Shown: positions 1 to 10,417, counted from the stretch's first letter. The stretch: DNA of 64,000 bases from an uncultured delta proteobacterium (GCA_963845145.1 CAWJQU010000004.1:352001-416000); one strand, 5' to 3'. The notes: generated by a model not told the origin, from the letters alone. Numbers and translations: made by a program.

Positions 1-2658
1 AAAACGCTCGAGCAGCGTCTGTCCCAAGCGCAAGAAGGGTAATTCATCTTCAACGAACAAAACCGTTTCGGACCCTTTTTTAAATATCATTTCAGGACTA
101 TTTTCCAGAGGTTCAACAGGTTCAGTTTCGCGGGGAAAGTAAATTTTGAATGTTGTCCCCTTGCCGGGCGTACTGTCGGTGTTAATGTAGCCATTGTTTT
201 GTTTAATAATGCCATAAACGGTGGATAGACCCAGCCCGGTTCCCTCTCCGACATCCTTGGTTGTGAAAAACGGCTCAAACAATTTTTCAAGGATCTCTTT
301 TTCCATACCAATGCCGGTATCGGTGACCGAGAGTAAAACGTATTCGCCGGGGTGAAGCACTTCATGCTGGCAGTGGCTCGATCCGTCTATTACCACATTT
401 TCAGTTTTAATGGATATCTTCCCCGTTCCTTCAATGGCGTCGCGAGCATTGACACACAGATTCGCCAAGATTTGATCGAGCTGGGTAGGATCGATCTTGA
501 TTGGCCATATATCCTCTTTAGGATTCCAGATTAGATCGATATTTTCACCGATAAGTCTTTTGAGCATATTATGCATGCCCGTTACTGCATGGTTTAAATC
601 AAGTACTTTGGGTAAGATTGCCTGTTTGCGGGCAAAGGCCAGCAATTGACGCGTGAGATCTGCTGATCGGCAGGTAGCATTGTAAATCTCCTTGAGGTTG
701 GCATGCACGAGTGGGGAAGTATCGATTAGCTCCATAAGCATCTCTGTGCGCCCCATGATGACACCCAGCATATTATTGAAATCATGGGCAACGCCCCCGG
801 CCAAGCGGCCCACCGATTCCATTTTTTGGGCTTGTTGGAGTTGTATTTCAGTTTCGAAACGTTCCTGCTCCAACCGCTTGACCTTGGTAATATCAGTGGC
901 GATCTGTAAACGCACTATTCGGCCGTCGATCCATCGAATGGCCCGGTCAAAAATCATGAACCATTTATCTATCTTAGGGATATTTTTTTCATAGGTACAA
1001 GCACCAAGGGGTTGTCCTTCGGCGTCCAGCAACTTGTCATTGGTGCAATGGTCGCAAGGGCGATCATAGCCATGAAAAGCGTCAAAACAGGTTCCACCGG
1101 TGTGATCACCGTTAAAATGATCGATCATGCGCTGGTTCATAAATAGGATTTCATATGAATCCATGTCGGACACATGAATCGTGGCGTCAATTCCATCAAG
1201 GACCGTAAGAAACGTCTGATGAGATTTTTTTAGCTCCTCTTCAGCCTGTTTGCGTTTGGTGATATCGGTTAATGATCCGACGATAGCGACACTCTCACCA
1301 TTTTTTACAACCGGTGCTTCGTTGACCTCCACCCATATTTTTCGGCCCTTCCTACCGACAAGTTCCGCCTCATAGCAAGATTGCCTTTGGCCCGTTTTAA
1401 CGGCTTTGGCGGACAAGGCGAGGCCTTTTTTATTGATCGGGTTTTTCGTTACAAAGTCTTTTAAGCGGTGCACCTGATCATCCGGTTCGCACTGGAGAAA
1501 TTCACGGCTTTGAGGACTTAGATAAATCAATCTGCCATTGACGTCATGCGCATAAAAGAGGTTGGTACTATGCTCTATAATGTCACGCAGTTTTTCTTCA
1601 CTTTCCCGTAACGACTTTTCCATCCGTTTACGCTCTGTGATGTCTCTAAGGGAAATGACCTTTCCGGCCTTTGTACCTTCACTATTTTTGATCGTCGAGG
1701 TGCAAAGGTCGTATACATGTTTTTGTCCTTCTTTGATCAATGAGATTTCCGTTGTTTTTACTTCTCGGGCGTTACTCTTCAATTGAGGGAAATGGTTAAA
1801 AACTGAAAAAACATCCTGACCGATAATTTTGTCGAGATGAGTCCGGAATAAGGACTCGGCTGTTCGGTTCATGTCGATTAACCGATCCTTATGGTCTATC
1901 ACTAAAATGGCATCCTCCAACTCCCGGAAAATCTCTGCTCTGGCCACTGGCAGGATGTCGAGCAATCGAAAGCGAAAAAAACCCCATGCCATCGAACCGG
2001 CCACGATAACAAATGCAATGGGACTGACATCCATATGGGGTATCGGGCTGTGTCCTGAAACGTATATGACATTGCTGATCCATACCAATGAAACCGCAGC
2101 CATTGCCAAACCGGCTTGAGAACGTAGGTAGCTAGTAGATGTAATCATCTGGCGGAAGAGAATCATACTTAGACAGGCAATTAATGAATAATGATAAAAT
2201 AAAATAACCCACCAAAGCGCTCCGTGTTTCACGCCAAGCATAGGAAATGAGCCGGTGTCGATCGTGTAAAAAACAGGAAAAATCAACTTATGAAGGGGAT
2301 TGGTCCAAATAAGAAGGATGATGACGGTTGCAATTATAAAAAAGATAGACCGCAATCGCCTCGTATTCCAAAATTCACAATCGAAAACAGTTAACCCGAA
2401 CAGAAGCGCCAACGGGGGGAGGGGTGTCACTCCAAAATATTGAAATTTGGTGATAAAAATATTGGTTTTGATATCGAGCCCAAGGTATAAAAAACCTTCA
2501 GCCGCCGCCCAAACAGTGGCGCTCAAACAGACCAATGCAAGGTACCACCCACCCCGCGCATTGACGCGTCGAAAGGTATACAGCGCTGCGATAAAGATTA
2601 AAAATGCGGCCAGGAAAAAAGGGAAACAGTAAAAGATTCTATCATCCATTTTTATCAT
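1..2658 (-). CDS. Membrane-bound PAS hybrid sensor histidine kinase (N-terminal 7TM region, PAS domains, HisKA/HATPase, receiver); 3' end runs off the window
   Basis: Absent from the ORF track because it has no stop in the window. Manual translation from ATG 2658 gives hydrophobic helices, [22 protein letters not shown] (H-box), [15 protein letters not shown] (G2-box) and VLFVEDE (receiver) at positions 60-1 in the same frame. Confidence 0.9.
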   Translation of the reverse strand, partial: MIKMDDRIFYCFPFFLAAFLIFIAALYTFRRVNARGGWYLALVCLSATVWAAAEGFLYLGLDIKTNIFITKFQYFGVTPLPPLALLFGLTVFDCEFWNTRRLRSIFFIIATVIILLIWTNPLHKLIFPVFYTIDTGSFPMLGVKHGALWWVILFYHYSLIACLSMILFRQMITSTSYLRSQAGLAMAAVSLVWISNVIYVSGHSPIPHMDVSPIAFVIVAGSMAWGFFRFRLLDILPVARAEIFRELEDAILVIDHKDRLIDMNRTAESLFRTHLDKIIGQDVFSVFNHFPQLKSNAREVKTTEISLIKEGQKHVYDLCTSTIKNSEGTKAGKVISLRDITERKRMEKSLRESEEKLRDIIEHSTNLFYAHDVNGRLIYLSPQSREFLQCEPDDQVHRLKDFVTKNPINKKGLALSAKAVKTGQRQSCYEAELVGRKGRKIWVEVNEAPVVKNGESVAIVGSLTDITKRKQAEEELKKSHQTFLTVLDGIDATIHVSDMDSYEILFMNQRMIDHFNGDHTGGTCFDAFHGYDRPCDHCTNDKLLDAEGQPLGACTYEKNIPKIDKWFMIFDRAIRWIDGRIVRLQIATDITKVKRLEQERFETEIQLQQAQKMESVGRLAGGVAHDFNNMLGVIMGRTEMLMELIDTSPLVHANLKEIYNATCRSADLTRQLLAFARKQAILPKVLDLNHAVTGMHNMLKRLIGENIDLIWNPKEDIWPIKIDPTQLDQILANLCVNARDAIEGTGKISIKTENVVIDGSSHCQHEVLHPGEYVLLSVTDTGIGMEKEILEKLFEPFFTTKDVGEGTGLGLSTVYGIIKQNNGYINTDSTPGKGTTFKIYFPRETEPVEPLENSPEMIFKKGSETVLFVEDELPFLRLGQTLLERF

Positions 2659-2706
2659 ATCCAAAGGGTTATTCTAACGGTTTCGTCCGTCGTGACTTGA
2701 AACCAT

Positions 2707-3225
2707 CTAATGTAAGCCGAGGACTCGTTTGTATCTACTAACTGAGAACCCATAGATTTTTTCACCATTGATAATGGCAAAGGGAACACCGCCTGTCCCC
2801 CCCGCTGTGCGCATTTTGGCGGCCGCTTTTTTATCTTTCTCGATGTCGAATTGCTTGTATTTGATTCGGTTGGACTTTAAAAAGGCTATGGCATCTTTGC
2901 AGTACCGACACCAGCTGGTAGTATAAATTTCAACCGTATTGGTATTCTTTTTTATCTGTTTTCTTTTGTTGGTAGCTTTTTTCTGAATTTCTTTTTTTTG
3001 GGCCGACTCAGTGGCAAGTTTGATTTTTTCAGGAGTGGGCTTTGGACGGGGGGGTGGATATTTGGGCGTTTTTATGATTTTAGATTGTATGTCGGACTTG
3101 GAAGGCGCATCGTCATAATGAGTGACCCCTTCGGGGTCCACCCATTTATACATTTTGGCGCTCACTTGATTGGCTAAAAAAAAGGTGGCACAAATTATTA
3201 TCGCGGCGAATAGAATCTTTATCAT
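2707..3225 (-). CDS. Exported DUF4124-glutaredoxin domain protein
   Basis: Signal peptide, YKWVDPEGVTHYDDAP (DUF4124-like), Pro/Lys linker, NrdH/glutaredoxin domain with WCRYC and GVP...GFS. Confidence 0.8.
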   Translation of the reverse strand: MIKILFAAIIICATFFLANQVSAKMYKWVDPEGVTHYDDAPSKSDIQSKIIKTPKYPPPRPKPTPEKIKLATESAQKKEIQKKATNKRKQIKKNTNTVEIYTTSWCRYCKDAIAFLKSNRIKYKQFDIEKDKKAAAKMRTAGGTGGVPFAIINGEKIYGFSVSRYKRVLGLH

Positions 3226-3548
3226 GTGGCCTTCAACAGGTACCGGTCAGCTAAACGTTCCAGGTCGCAACCAAGATTTATAACAGGCTCGTACTTCTCG
3301 CACGATTTTAATTATTCAAACGATTATAGTCTTACATTCGGTCATTGAAATATCGACTTCTTTATAGGCGAACTTATTATTATGCAATATATTTATGTCG
3401 GTATTCGGCTAATAAGGTAGAATATCGAGCTCCTTTCCGCCCTTTCTTATATGGCAGGTGGTCGCCGAGCTGTCCACTGGTGATTGCCACCGGGTACCGA
3501 TTGGGAGCGGCAGAATACCGACACCAAATACAAAAAATCAAAGATGTC

Positions 3549-3905
3549 CTAAAAAGTTAAAATATTAGCCCCTTCCGAAATTTCAAATAGTTTGGGTGCA
3601 CCGGCAAAGGTGACGGAATCAACGACCTCTTTTTCGCCAACCTGGCGACTTTCGGCACAGGGGATTCAGACGAAAATGGGAACTTTATTTTCGACTAAAT
3701 AGTACAGGTGCGGCCCTGCCTCATCACCAGTGGGCGCTACAATATTGTCAATCATACCCTCCTTGACGGTAACCACGGCATCATCCGTGAGAAAAAGGCT
3801 CACTTCATGACCTTGTTCATGGGCTGCCTTGGCCAGTTGGTAGGTTCGTGTGACCCGGGTCGGGTCTTCCAATCCTCTGGTTAAAACAAATACAAATTTC
3901 GACAC
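3549..3905 (-). CDS. DsrE/DsrF-family selenoprotein (UxxC), 118 aa
   Basis: GTG at 3905 after AAAGGAGG. DsrE motif HEVSLFLTDDAV. In-frame TGA at 3668-3666 reads through as VPIFV-U-IPCAESRQV...GANILTF to TAG at 3551-3549, completing the DsrE fold. Confidence 0.85.
3634..3648 (-). promoter_or_regulatory. Putative bacterial SECIS hairpin for the DsrE-like gene
   Basis: TCGCCA-GGT-TGGCGA hairpin; G-containing loop starts 23 nt after the UGA. Confidence 0.7.
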
Positions 3906-3944
3906 GTTGGTGCCTCCTTTCATTTTTTCGATTTTTACTTGTTA

Positions 3945-5432
3945 TTAAACATGCACTATATTTTTAAACCGATCAGGCCCTAAAATAGATTTAAGCGTGG
4001 CAAAGGATCCAAGGACGGTTCCCAGAATTCCCGGTGCCAATGCGCTTTGGCCGGCCAGGTAGAGGCCGTCAATGGCCGTGCGGTTAAAAATTGCTGTGGA
4101 CAGCAATTGGTCACTCGATTTCATGACGCCATAGGCCGAGCCATCAGGGCTGTTAACCCAATCGCGGATGGTCAAAGGCGTATAGATATCGATAAGTTTG
4201 AGCGATGGAAACGGGCCGGTGACGTTGGTCGCTTTGGCTATCATTTCATGGGCCACTTGGTCTTTTGTCTCAAGATACACCTGCCCCCTACGACCGGTCT
4301 GCGTGGTCTCCCAGGGTGCCCACAATTCGGGCTTTCCATCACCCAGCAGGGTAAGCAGGTGCCACTTGGGGTCGGCGGTTTGCTTGAGCTGAATAAAAAC
4401 AGCGTCTTTATCTGCGTTTTCTTTATTTTTTTCAATCAAAAACAGGTTGTACGGCATAGGTTCATGGTCGGTGGCGGGTATTTTAGCCTGGACACAGCAA
4501 AATCCCGGTGTATTCGTTAACCCTTTGATTCTGTTTCGATATGAAGGTTTTAGTTTGGATTTGTCCAGCATCGTCAGTAAAATTTGGGGATGCACTGTGG
4601 AAATAACACCATCGGCTGTAAGGATTTCATCATTGTTTAAGCGAACATCCGCGACGCGACCGTTTTTTGTCCCTATATTTGCCACAGTCTGTCCGGTGAT
4701 AATCTCGCCACCCAGGCTACGAAACCGGTTGGCAAAGACCTCGGCCATATGGGTGCCGGATTGAATCAAGCGCCATGACGAAAACAGATAGTTGGCCAGG
4801 GTCATATGATGAAAGAAAATGGGACAACGCTCGGCGGGCGCCCCAAGCCAATAGGCCGGTACACCGATAACCGATCTCAAGGCCGGTGACATTCCCAGTC
4901 GTTTAAATAGATCGCCTAAGGGCTCCGTCTGGTCGATGAGTTCATCAGCCGAAATATCATGATACAAAAAGGTCAGATCGTTGAGCTGTCGGGCGGAGCG
5001 GTGCAACAACGCCATAAAAGTATCTATCGCTTTGATTTCGGATGGAAAGGCGGTCTTTAAGTTATCGGCATAGGCATCGAACCCCTCGGGAAGGTCGAAA
5101 TGTTTTGGGCCAACGGTAGCGTTTGCAAAGATATAGCGGTCGATAATGCCGTTTTTCCCCATTCTCTCCAATGGGATATCCTCTGAAACGCCCAAATAAT
5201 CGAAACATCGTCTCAACACCTGCCCTTCGCCCATAGCCCCGAGATAGTGAATACCGATATCGCAAGCGATGCCCTCACGGGTGTAGCTGCGCATCATTCC
5301 GCCGACCTGTCTGTTTTTTTCAACCAAGGTCACCGGGTACGCAAGCCTGGCCAGCATGATTCCCAGGCTCAGCCCACCGATGCCTCCGCCGATAATCACC
5401 ATGCGATGGTTTGAGTGGTTTGTTAACCCCAT
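3945..5432 (-). CDS. Phytoene desaturase-family NAD(P)/FAD-dependent oxidoreductase
   Basis: IIGGGIGGL dinucleotide motif, EKN..VGG, TPLTIRDW...GSAYG, GLYLAGQS...PGI. Confidence 0.85.
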   Translation of the reverse strand: MGLTNHSNHRMVIIGGGIGGLSLGIMLARLAYPVTLVEKNRQVGGMMRSYTREGIACDIGIHYLGAMGEGQVLRRCFDYLGVSEDIPLERMGKNGIIDRYIFANATVGPKHFDLPEGFDAYADNLKTAFPSEIKAIDTFMALLHRSARQLNDLTFLYHDISADELIDQTEPLGDLFKRLGMSPALRSVIGVPAYWLGAPAERCPIFFHHMTLANYLFSSWRLIQSGTHMAEVFANRFRSLGGEIITGQTVANIGTKNGRVADVRLNNDEILTADGVISTVHPQILLTMLDKSKLKPSYRNRIKGLTNTPGFCCVQAKIPATDHEPMPYNLFLIEKNKENADKDAVFIQLKQTADPKWHLLTLLGDGKPELWAPWETTQTGRRGQVYLETKDQVAHEMIAKATNVTGPFPSLKLIDIYTPLTIRDWVNSPDGSAYGVMKSSDQLLSTAIFNRTAIDGLYLAGQSALAPGILGTVLGSFATLKSILGPDRFKNIVHV

Positions 5433-5789
5433 AGCCAGAGATCGGTTTGGCAGGTTAGTAAATATTTTTGATCTTTTTTGATGACTTCCCCTTTTTTATG
5501 GTGGTTTAGGGGTATTGAAATCACCGTTGAATTAACACCGGCAGACGGTCCCAAGCCATACAACATTCATCGCCAATATTCAAACCGGTTATGTTTATCC
5601 TATTTCTGGCGGACATGAAATAATCAATGTACTTGTTGGTTTTTTACTTGCGCCTGCCGTGCAGAAAAAGCCCGTTTCCCTTGCAGTCCCCTTATTTATG
5701 ATTTAAGATATCTTTTAGTCATCTATCCCAATGGTGGCGTTGGTATTATAGGTATTCGTATATCGAAAATCATTGCCGGGAGGTTGTTC

Positions 5790-6248
5790 ATGGATTTGGA
5801 AAAATACAAAAAAGTCATCTCTGATGCCATTCAAAACGAAATTGACGCCAAAGAATTTTACACCAAGGTAGCCCAACGTATAAAAGACGCCTATCTTAAG
5901 GAATTGTTTGAAAAATTTGCCGCGGAAGAAGAAAAACATGAAAAAATGCTGACCAATATCCTAAGTAGCGGGAAGGTACAAAGCGGCCATTTCGATTTTA
6001 ATAAAGATTTTAAGGTTTCCGAGACGTATGATATGCCCGAAGTCAATGGTGATATGAACCTTAAAGATGCCGTTGGCCTGGCAATGAAAAATGAAGAACT
6101 GGCCATGAAAAATTACACTGGTCTTGCCGAAAATTGTGACGATCCGGAATTAAAATCCGTTTTTATCGATTTAGCGGCCATGGAAAGAAAACATAAATTC
6201 AAAATGGAAGAGAGTTTTTTGGATGTCGCCTATCCGGAAGTTTGGTAA
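5790..6248 (+). CDS. Ferritin-like/rubrerythrin-family di-iron protein
   Basis: Two ExxH motifs (EEEKH, MERKH) with upstream NE-x-A..Y helices; GGGAGG RBS before ATG 5790. Confidence 0.85.
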   Translation: MDLEKYKKVISDAIQNEIDAKEFYTKVAQRIKDAYLKELFEKFAAEEEKHEKMLTNILSSGKVQSGHFDFNKDFKVSETYDMPEVNGDMNLKDAVGLAMKNEELAMKNYTGLAENCDDPELKSVFIDLAAMERKHKFKMEESFLDVAYPEVW

Positions 6249-6335
6249 TGGGCGCCGGTGTTAATTAAGCCCGGTTTTAATCTAATCCGGCTTGGCGATG
6301 GGTTAATAGAGGCTCATTGGGGCACATGCCTGTAA

Positions 6336-8750
6336 TTGGGAGATTGCTTTATTAAAACGACCAATCACAAGAATCGTCACCCCAATACACAGAAGATTAG
6401 CTCAAGAGTTGCCCGTTTACGTGAAGGGTTGCTTGCGGCCCGACCGGAGGTGTTTGATCAAAGGGGGCGCCTGGTTACCGAAGCCTATCGGGATGCCGAC
6501 AATGACCCGGCCGTACTTCGCCGCGCCAAAGCCCTGGATCGGATTTTGCGTGAAAGCGGTGCCCATGTAAAACCCGATGAATTGATTGTGGGTTGTAAAG
6601 TGCTGCTTCCAAAAGGGTCGCCGGTTTATCCGGAGTTTAATGTAAAGTGGTTGGAAGATGAATTAGATACGCTGTCCTGCCGCGAAGAAACCCCATTTTT
6701 TGTTGCTGAAGAAACAAAAAAGACGCTACGCGAACAGGTGATCCCTTTTTGGAAAGGGCGGACGGTTTATGACCGCATTGTGGAAAATGCGCCGGAAAAA
6801 TCACTGGCGGCTGCAAGCGAGGGGCTTTTTTTCCATTACTATCTTGATCGCAGTATCGGGCATATCACCGTCAACTATGAAAAGGTGCTTCACTTAGGAC
6901 TTTCGGGGATAAAGGCTGAGATTCAAAAATACCAGGCGCAGCTGTCCGAAGATCCCACCGGTGATTCACAGAAAAGCGATTTTTATGATGCCTTGATATT
7001 GGTCGCCGATGCCGCCATCGCCTTTGCCCAGCGTCATGCGGACGTTGCCTCTGAGCTATCAACTGTCTGCGACGATCCAGTCCGGCGCAAGGAGTTGGAA
7101 AACATTGCCCGTATTTGTCGGCGGGTTCCTGAGTTTCCGGCGGAATCGCTGCAAGAAGCCCTTCAGTCGTTCTGGTTTATCCACCTGATTTTAAATCTTG
7201 AAAGCAACGCCTATGCCATTTCACCCGGTCGGTTTTGCCAGTATATCCATCCTTTTTATTGGGCGGATCGGGAACGAAAAACCATTGATGACACTGTTGC
7301 CCAGGAATTGATCAACTGCTTGTGGATTAAGTTTAATGAACTGACCGTGGTTAAAGCCGGTGCCACGGCCAAAGCCAGCAACACCTATGTCGATTTTCAA
7401 AATCTGAATATTGGTGGGCAAAGGGCCGATGGACGCGATGGCACCAATGCGGTCTCTTATTTTTGCTTAAATGCGCTTGATGCCCTGAGTCTTCCCCAAC
7501 CCCAATTATCCTGTTTGGTCAGTTCCAAGACCGACAAGGACTTCCTGATACGGGCCTGTGAAGTGATTCGCGAAGGGTCCGGCATGCCCGCCATGTTCAA
7601 TGACGATGTGAAAGTCACCAGCCTTCTGGCTGCCGGCAAAGACCTGGTCGATGCGCGCAAGGGCGGCGTAAACGGCTGTGTGGAGGTCAATGCACAAGGA
7701 TGTGACCACATGGCTTCGACCGGATATGTGAATCTGGTTAAATGCCTGGAACTGGCCCTAAACGACGGAGTCAGCATAACCACCGGCAACCGGCTGGGCC
7801 CGCCCACGGGAAAGATTGCTGAATTGACAACCTTTGACCATGTGTGGCGGGCGTTTACAACACAGCTCAAGGCAGCCGTAGACTTGAAAGTCTCCTATGA
7901 CAAAGCGGCCCGGCAGGTTTTCGCCGATCATTGCCCGGTCGTGTTCACCTCATTGGTCATGGATGACTGTGTTGCCAAGGGTAAAGATTACCATCAAGGT
8001 GGTGCGCGTTACAACGCCCCCATGATGTGCGGTGTGGGTCTGGGAACCCTGGCCGATTCCCTGGCTGCAATTAAAGAATTTTGTTTCATTACGGGGCAAT
8101 ACAATCTGGTCCAAATACATGCAGCGATGATAGACAATTACGCTTCCCAGCCGCTGTTGCAGAAACTATTGTGGAAAAACGGCCCCAAATTTGGGAACAA
8201 TGACGATTTTGTCGACCGGCTTGCGGCGGATACGGTTGATCTGTTCAGTGATATCTTAAGTGGTTATGTCAACGCGTACGGTGAAGCTTACGGGGCCAAC
8301 ATGATTCCCACGACGACGCACATCCCCATGGGGCATGCCACAGCGGCTACGCCTGACGGCCGCTTGGCCGGTGCCCCCTTGTCCGAAGGTGTCTCGCCGG
8401 TTCAGGGACAAGATATCATGGGGCCGACCGGCGTGATTCTCTCGCTGGCCAAAGTGGATCATGCCCGCACGGCGGGAACCCTGCTCAATATGAAGTTATC
8501 GCCATCCCTTTTGGCCGGACGAGGCCCATTGGATAAATTTTCCGAATTGATCCGCACCTATTTTGCCCTTGGTGGTTATCACATGCAGTTCAACGTGGTT
8601 TCAAAAGAGACCCTTTTGGCCGCGCAGGACGATCCCCAGGCTTATCGCTCCTTAATCGTGAGAGTGGCCGGGTATAGCGATTACTTTATCGCTTTGAGTA
8701 AAGATGTCCAGGATGAAATCATCACGCGGACGGGGCATGGAGAGGATTGA
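6336..8750 (+). CDS. Glycyl radical enzyme (PFL2/dehydratase-type, HypD-like), substrate unknown
   Basis: NGCVE catalytic Cys loop (TGT at 7677), C-terminal VRVAGYS glycyl-radical loop, TPDGR..G.PLSEG, about 800 aa. Start uncertain (TTG 6336 or ATT 6351). Confidence 0.93.
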   Translation: MGDCFIKTTNHKNRHPNTQKISSRVARLREGLLAARPEVFDQRGRLVTEAYRDADNDPAVLRRAKALDRILRESGAHVKPDELIVGCKVLLPKGSPVYPEFNVKWLEDELDTLSCREETPFFVAEETKKTLREQVIPFWKGRTVYDRIVENAPEKSLAAASEGLFFHYYLDRSIGHITVNYEKVLHLGLSGIKAEIQKYQAQLSEDPTGDSQKSDFYDALILVADAAIAFAQRHADVASELSTVCDDPVRRKELENIARICRRVPEFPAESLQEALQSFWFIHLILNLESNAYAISPGRFCQYIHPFYWADRERKTIDDTVAQELINCLWIKFNELTVVKAGATAKASNTYVDFQNLNIGGQRADGRDGTNAVSYFCLNALDALSLPQPQLSCLVSSKTDKDFLIRACEVIREGSGMPAMFNDDVKVTSLLAAGKDLVDARKGGVNGCVEVNAQGCDHMASTGYVNLVKCLELALNDGVSITTGNRLGPPTGKIAELTTFDHVWRAFTTQLKAAVDLKVSYDKAARQVFADHCPVVFTSLVMDDCVAKGKDYHQGGARYNAPMMCGVGLGTLADSLAAIKEFCFITGQYNLVQIHAAMIDNYASQPLLQKLLWKNGPKFGNNDDFVDRLAADTVDLFSDILSGYVNAYGEAYGANMIPTTTHIPMGHATAATPDGRLAGAPLSEGVSPVQGQDIMGPTGVILSLAKVDHARTAGTLLNMKLSPSLLAGRGPLDKFSELIRTYFALGGYHMQFNVVSKETLLAAQDDPQAYRSLIVRVAGYSDYFIALSKDVQDEIITRTGHGED

Positions 8751-9664
8751 TGCTCGCTGTCGATGAAGGCATCGTTTTCGATATCAAGCATTACGCAATT
8801 CACGATGGGCCGGGCATTCGAACCACTGTTTTTATGAAAGGGTGCCCGCTGAAGTGTCAATGGTGCGCCAATCCCGAATCACATCATTTTACACCGGAAG
8901 TTCTTTTCGACAAGGATAAGTGTATCCTTTGCCGTGAATGTTCAAAAGTATGCCCCCATGATGCCATCTCATTTACGATGAATTATCGGAGGTATGATCG
9001 TGAGTCCTGCCGGGGATGCGGGTTGTGTGTCCGGACCTGTTCTTCTGAAGCCATTGAGCAATGCGGATATGGGGTGGATGTACAAACACTTTGGGAGAAG
9101 ATTAAAGCAGATCGTGTTTTCTGGGATCGGTCCGGGGGTGGGGTCACGCTGTCCGGCGGCGAGCCTTTGCGACAACTTTCTTTTGTCAGCGACTTTCTTT
9201 CCCTCTGTCAACGCCGGCATGTGCATACGGCTATAGAAACCTGCGGTTTTGTTTCCGAATCCCCCTTCGAAAAAGTACTTCGCCATGTCGACCTGGTTAT
9301 TTTCGATATCAAAACAAACCACGACGGTAGGCACGAAGCGTGCACCGGCGTATCTAATGATGGCATCTTAAATAATTTGAAAAAACTACTATCCGGCCCA
9401 AAGGATGTTCTGGTGCGAATGCCACTGGTCCCAGGGTTAAATGATGCCCCGCAAGATCTTGAAGCAATCGGTGCGCTGCTTAAAAATGCAAGAACCGACG
9501 TAAAACTTGAAGTGCTACCCTATCATCGGCTGGGAGCGAAGAAATATGAAAAATTGGGTCTGGAATACGGGTTGGCCCATATCCATCCGCCCACTTCGAT
9601 CCAATTGACGGAAGCGTTAAATATTTTTAGGAGATTCGGTATCGATTGTGTAAGCCGAATCTAA
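8750..9664 (+). CDS. Glycyl-radical enzyme activating protein (radical SAM with ferredoxin insert)
   Basis: HDGPGIRTTVFMKGCPLKCQWCANPES, two CxxCxxCxxxC motifs, GGVTLSGGEP; TGATG overlap with the GRE stop. Confidence 0.95.
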   Translation: MLAVDEGIVFDIKHYAIHDGPGIRTTVFMKGCPLKCQWCANPESHHFTPEVLFDKDKCILCRECSKVCPHDAISFTMNYRRYDRESCRGCGLCVRTCSSEAIEQCGYGVDVQTLWEKIKADRVFWDRSGGGVTLSGGEPLRQLSFVSDFLSLCQRRHVHTAIETCGFVSESPFEKVLRHVDLVIFDIKTNHDGRHEACTGVSNDGILNNLKKLLSGPKDVLVRMPLVPGLNDAPQDLEAIGALLKNARTDVKLEVLPYHRLGAKKYEKLGLEYGLAHIHPPTSIQLTEALNIFRRFGIDCVSRI

Positions 9665-9706
9665 ACCATAAAACAATGTCCCAACCCAAAGGCCCATCTT
9701 GGAAAA

Positions 9707-10297
9707 ATGAACCGGTCGAATAAAGATAGACACCTAAGGTCTGTGGGTGATCTGGGAAAAAAGATGAACGGGGGGCGTATGCAACACATCTCTTTTGAAG
9801 CACTGGTCGATAAGGCAATGGAACTAAAACAGGCCGGTGTTAAATGGCATTTTCATATGATCGGCCCCGCATGTATATATAGCGATACAAAGGACGGCTA
9901 TGAGATCATTATCGAGATCGAAGCGACCGGTGAGACGATCACCGCCTGGTTCAAGGATAAGCCCATCGACCAAACGCACAAGATGGCCCAATTGGCCTAT
10001 GGGCCTGATTTTTTAAAAAAGGAAAAAGTTACCGATAAAAAAGAAGCGGCCAGTGGAAATGATGCCACCCATGAATCATTTATGGACATGATGGATCGTG
10101 CCCGGGCCTGCAATCTATCTGGCAAGCCGTGGCACAACCACCATCTTCCGCCGCAATGCCGCTTTAACCCTAAAAAAGGCATGCATGCTATTGTCTTTGA
10201 GGACGAAACCGGCGCTGAGCCGCTTTACGCCTATTATACGCACGACCCGATCGACGCCCTGGCTGAATTGGAACGGCTCTTTTTTGGGAAAGGATGA
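9707..10297 (+). CDS. Hypothetical protein made of two ~70-aa repeats, each with a WHxH-x5-C motif
   Basis: Repeats contain WHFHMIGPAC and WHNHHLPPQC. Co-directional, just after the activase. Start may be ATG 9764 or 9779. Confidence 0.75.
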   Translation: MNRSNKDRHLRSVGDLGKKMNGGRMQHISFEALVDKAMELKQAGVKWHFHMIGPACIYSDTKDGYEIIIEIEATGETITAWFKDKPIDQTHKMAQLAYGPDFLKKEKVTDKKEAASGNDATHESFMDMMDRARACNLSGKPWHNHHLPPQCRFNPKKGMHAIVFEDETGAEPLYAYYTHDPIDALAELERLFFGKG

Positions 10298-10403
10298 TTT
10301 CGACCGGTAGCGTCATTTATTTCAAGGGCCGCCTTATTATCGCCTGATACACCACAAAAAAAAGAGAAAAAATCTCGAAACCCTGTATTTTTTTATTGCA
10401 AAT

Positions 10404-10417
10404 TATTTGATCAAATA
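10404..10417. promoter_or_regulatory. Perfect 14-bp palindrome upstream of aor, possible regulator site
   Basis: TATTTGATCAAATA in an AT-rich intergenic region about 105 nt upstream of the aor start. Confidence 0.35.

Noticed and set aside
87..2632. Short track ORFs in the first 2.6 kb
   Set aside because: All are shadows of the long minus-strand kinase gene.
3345..3560. 71-aa ORF and GC-rich patch at about 3450-3525 as a possible RNA
   Set aside because: No RBS or recognisable motif; I could not fold it into a known RNA.
6290..6335. Possible sigma54 promoter (GGCAC) before the GRE
   Set aside because: GG-N10-GC spacing is not met; TA is found at the -12 position.
6336..8750. Calling the GRE pflB, cutC or hypD
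   Set aside because: No CC pair (PFL), and the active-site loops differ from my recollection of CutC and HypD, so no symbol was given.
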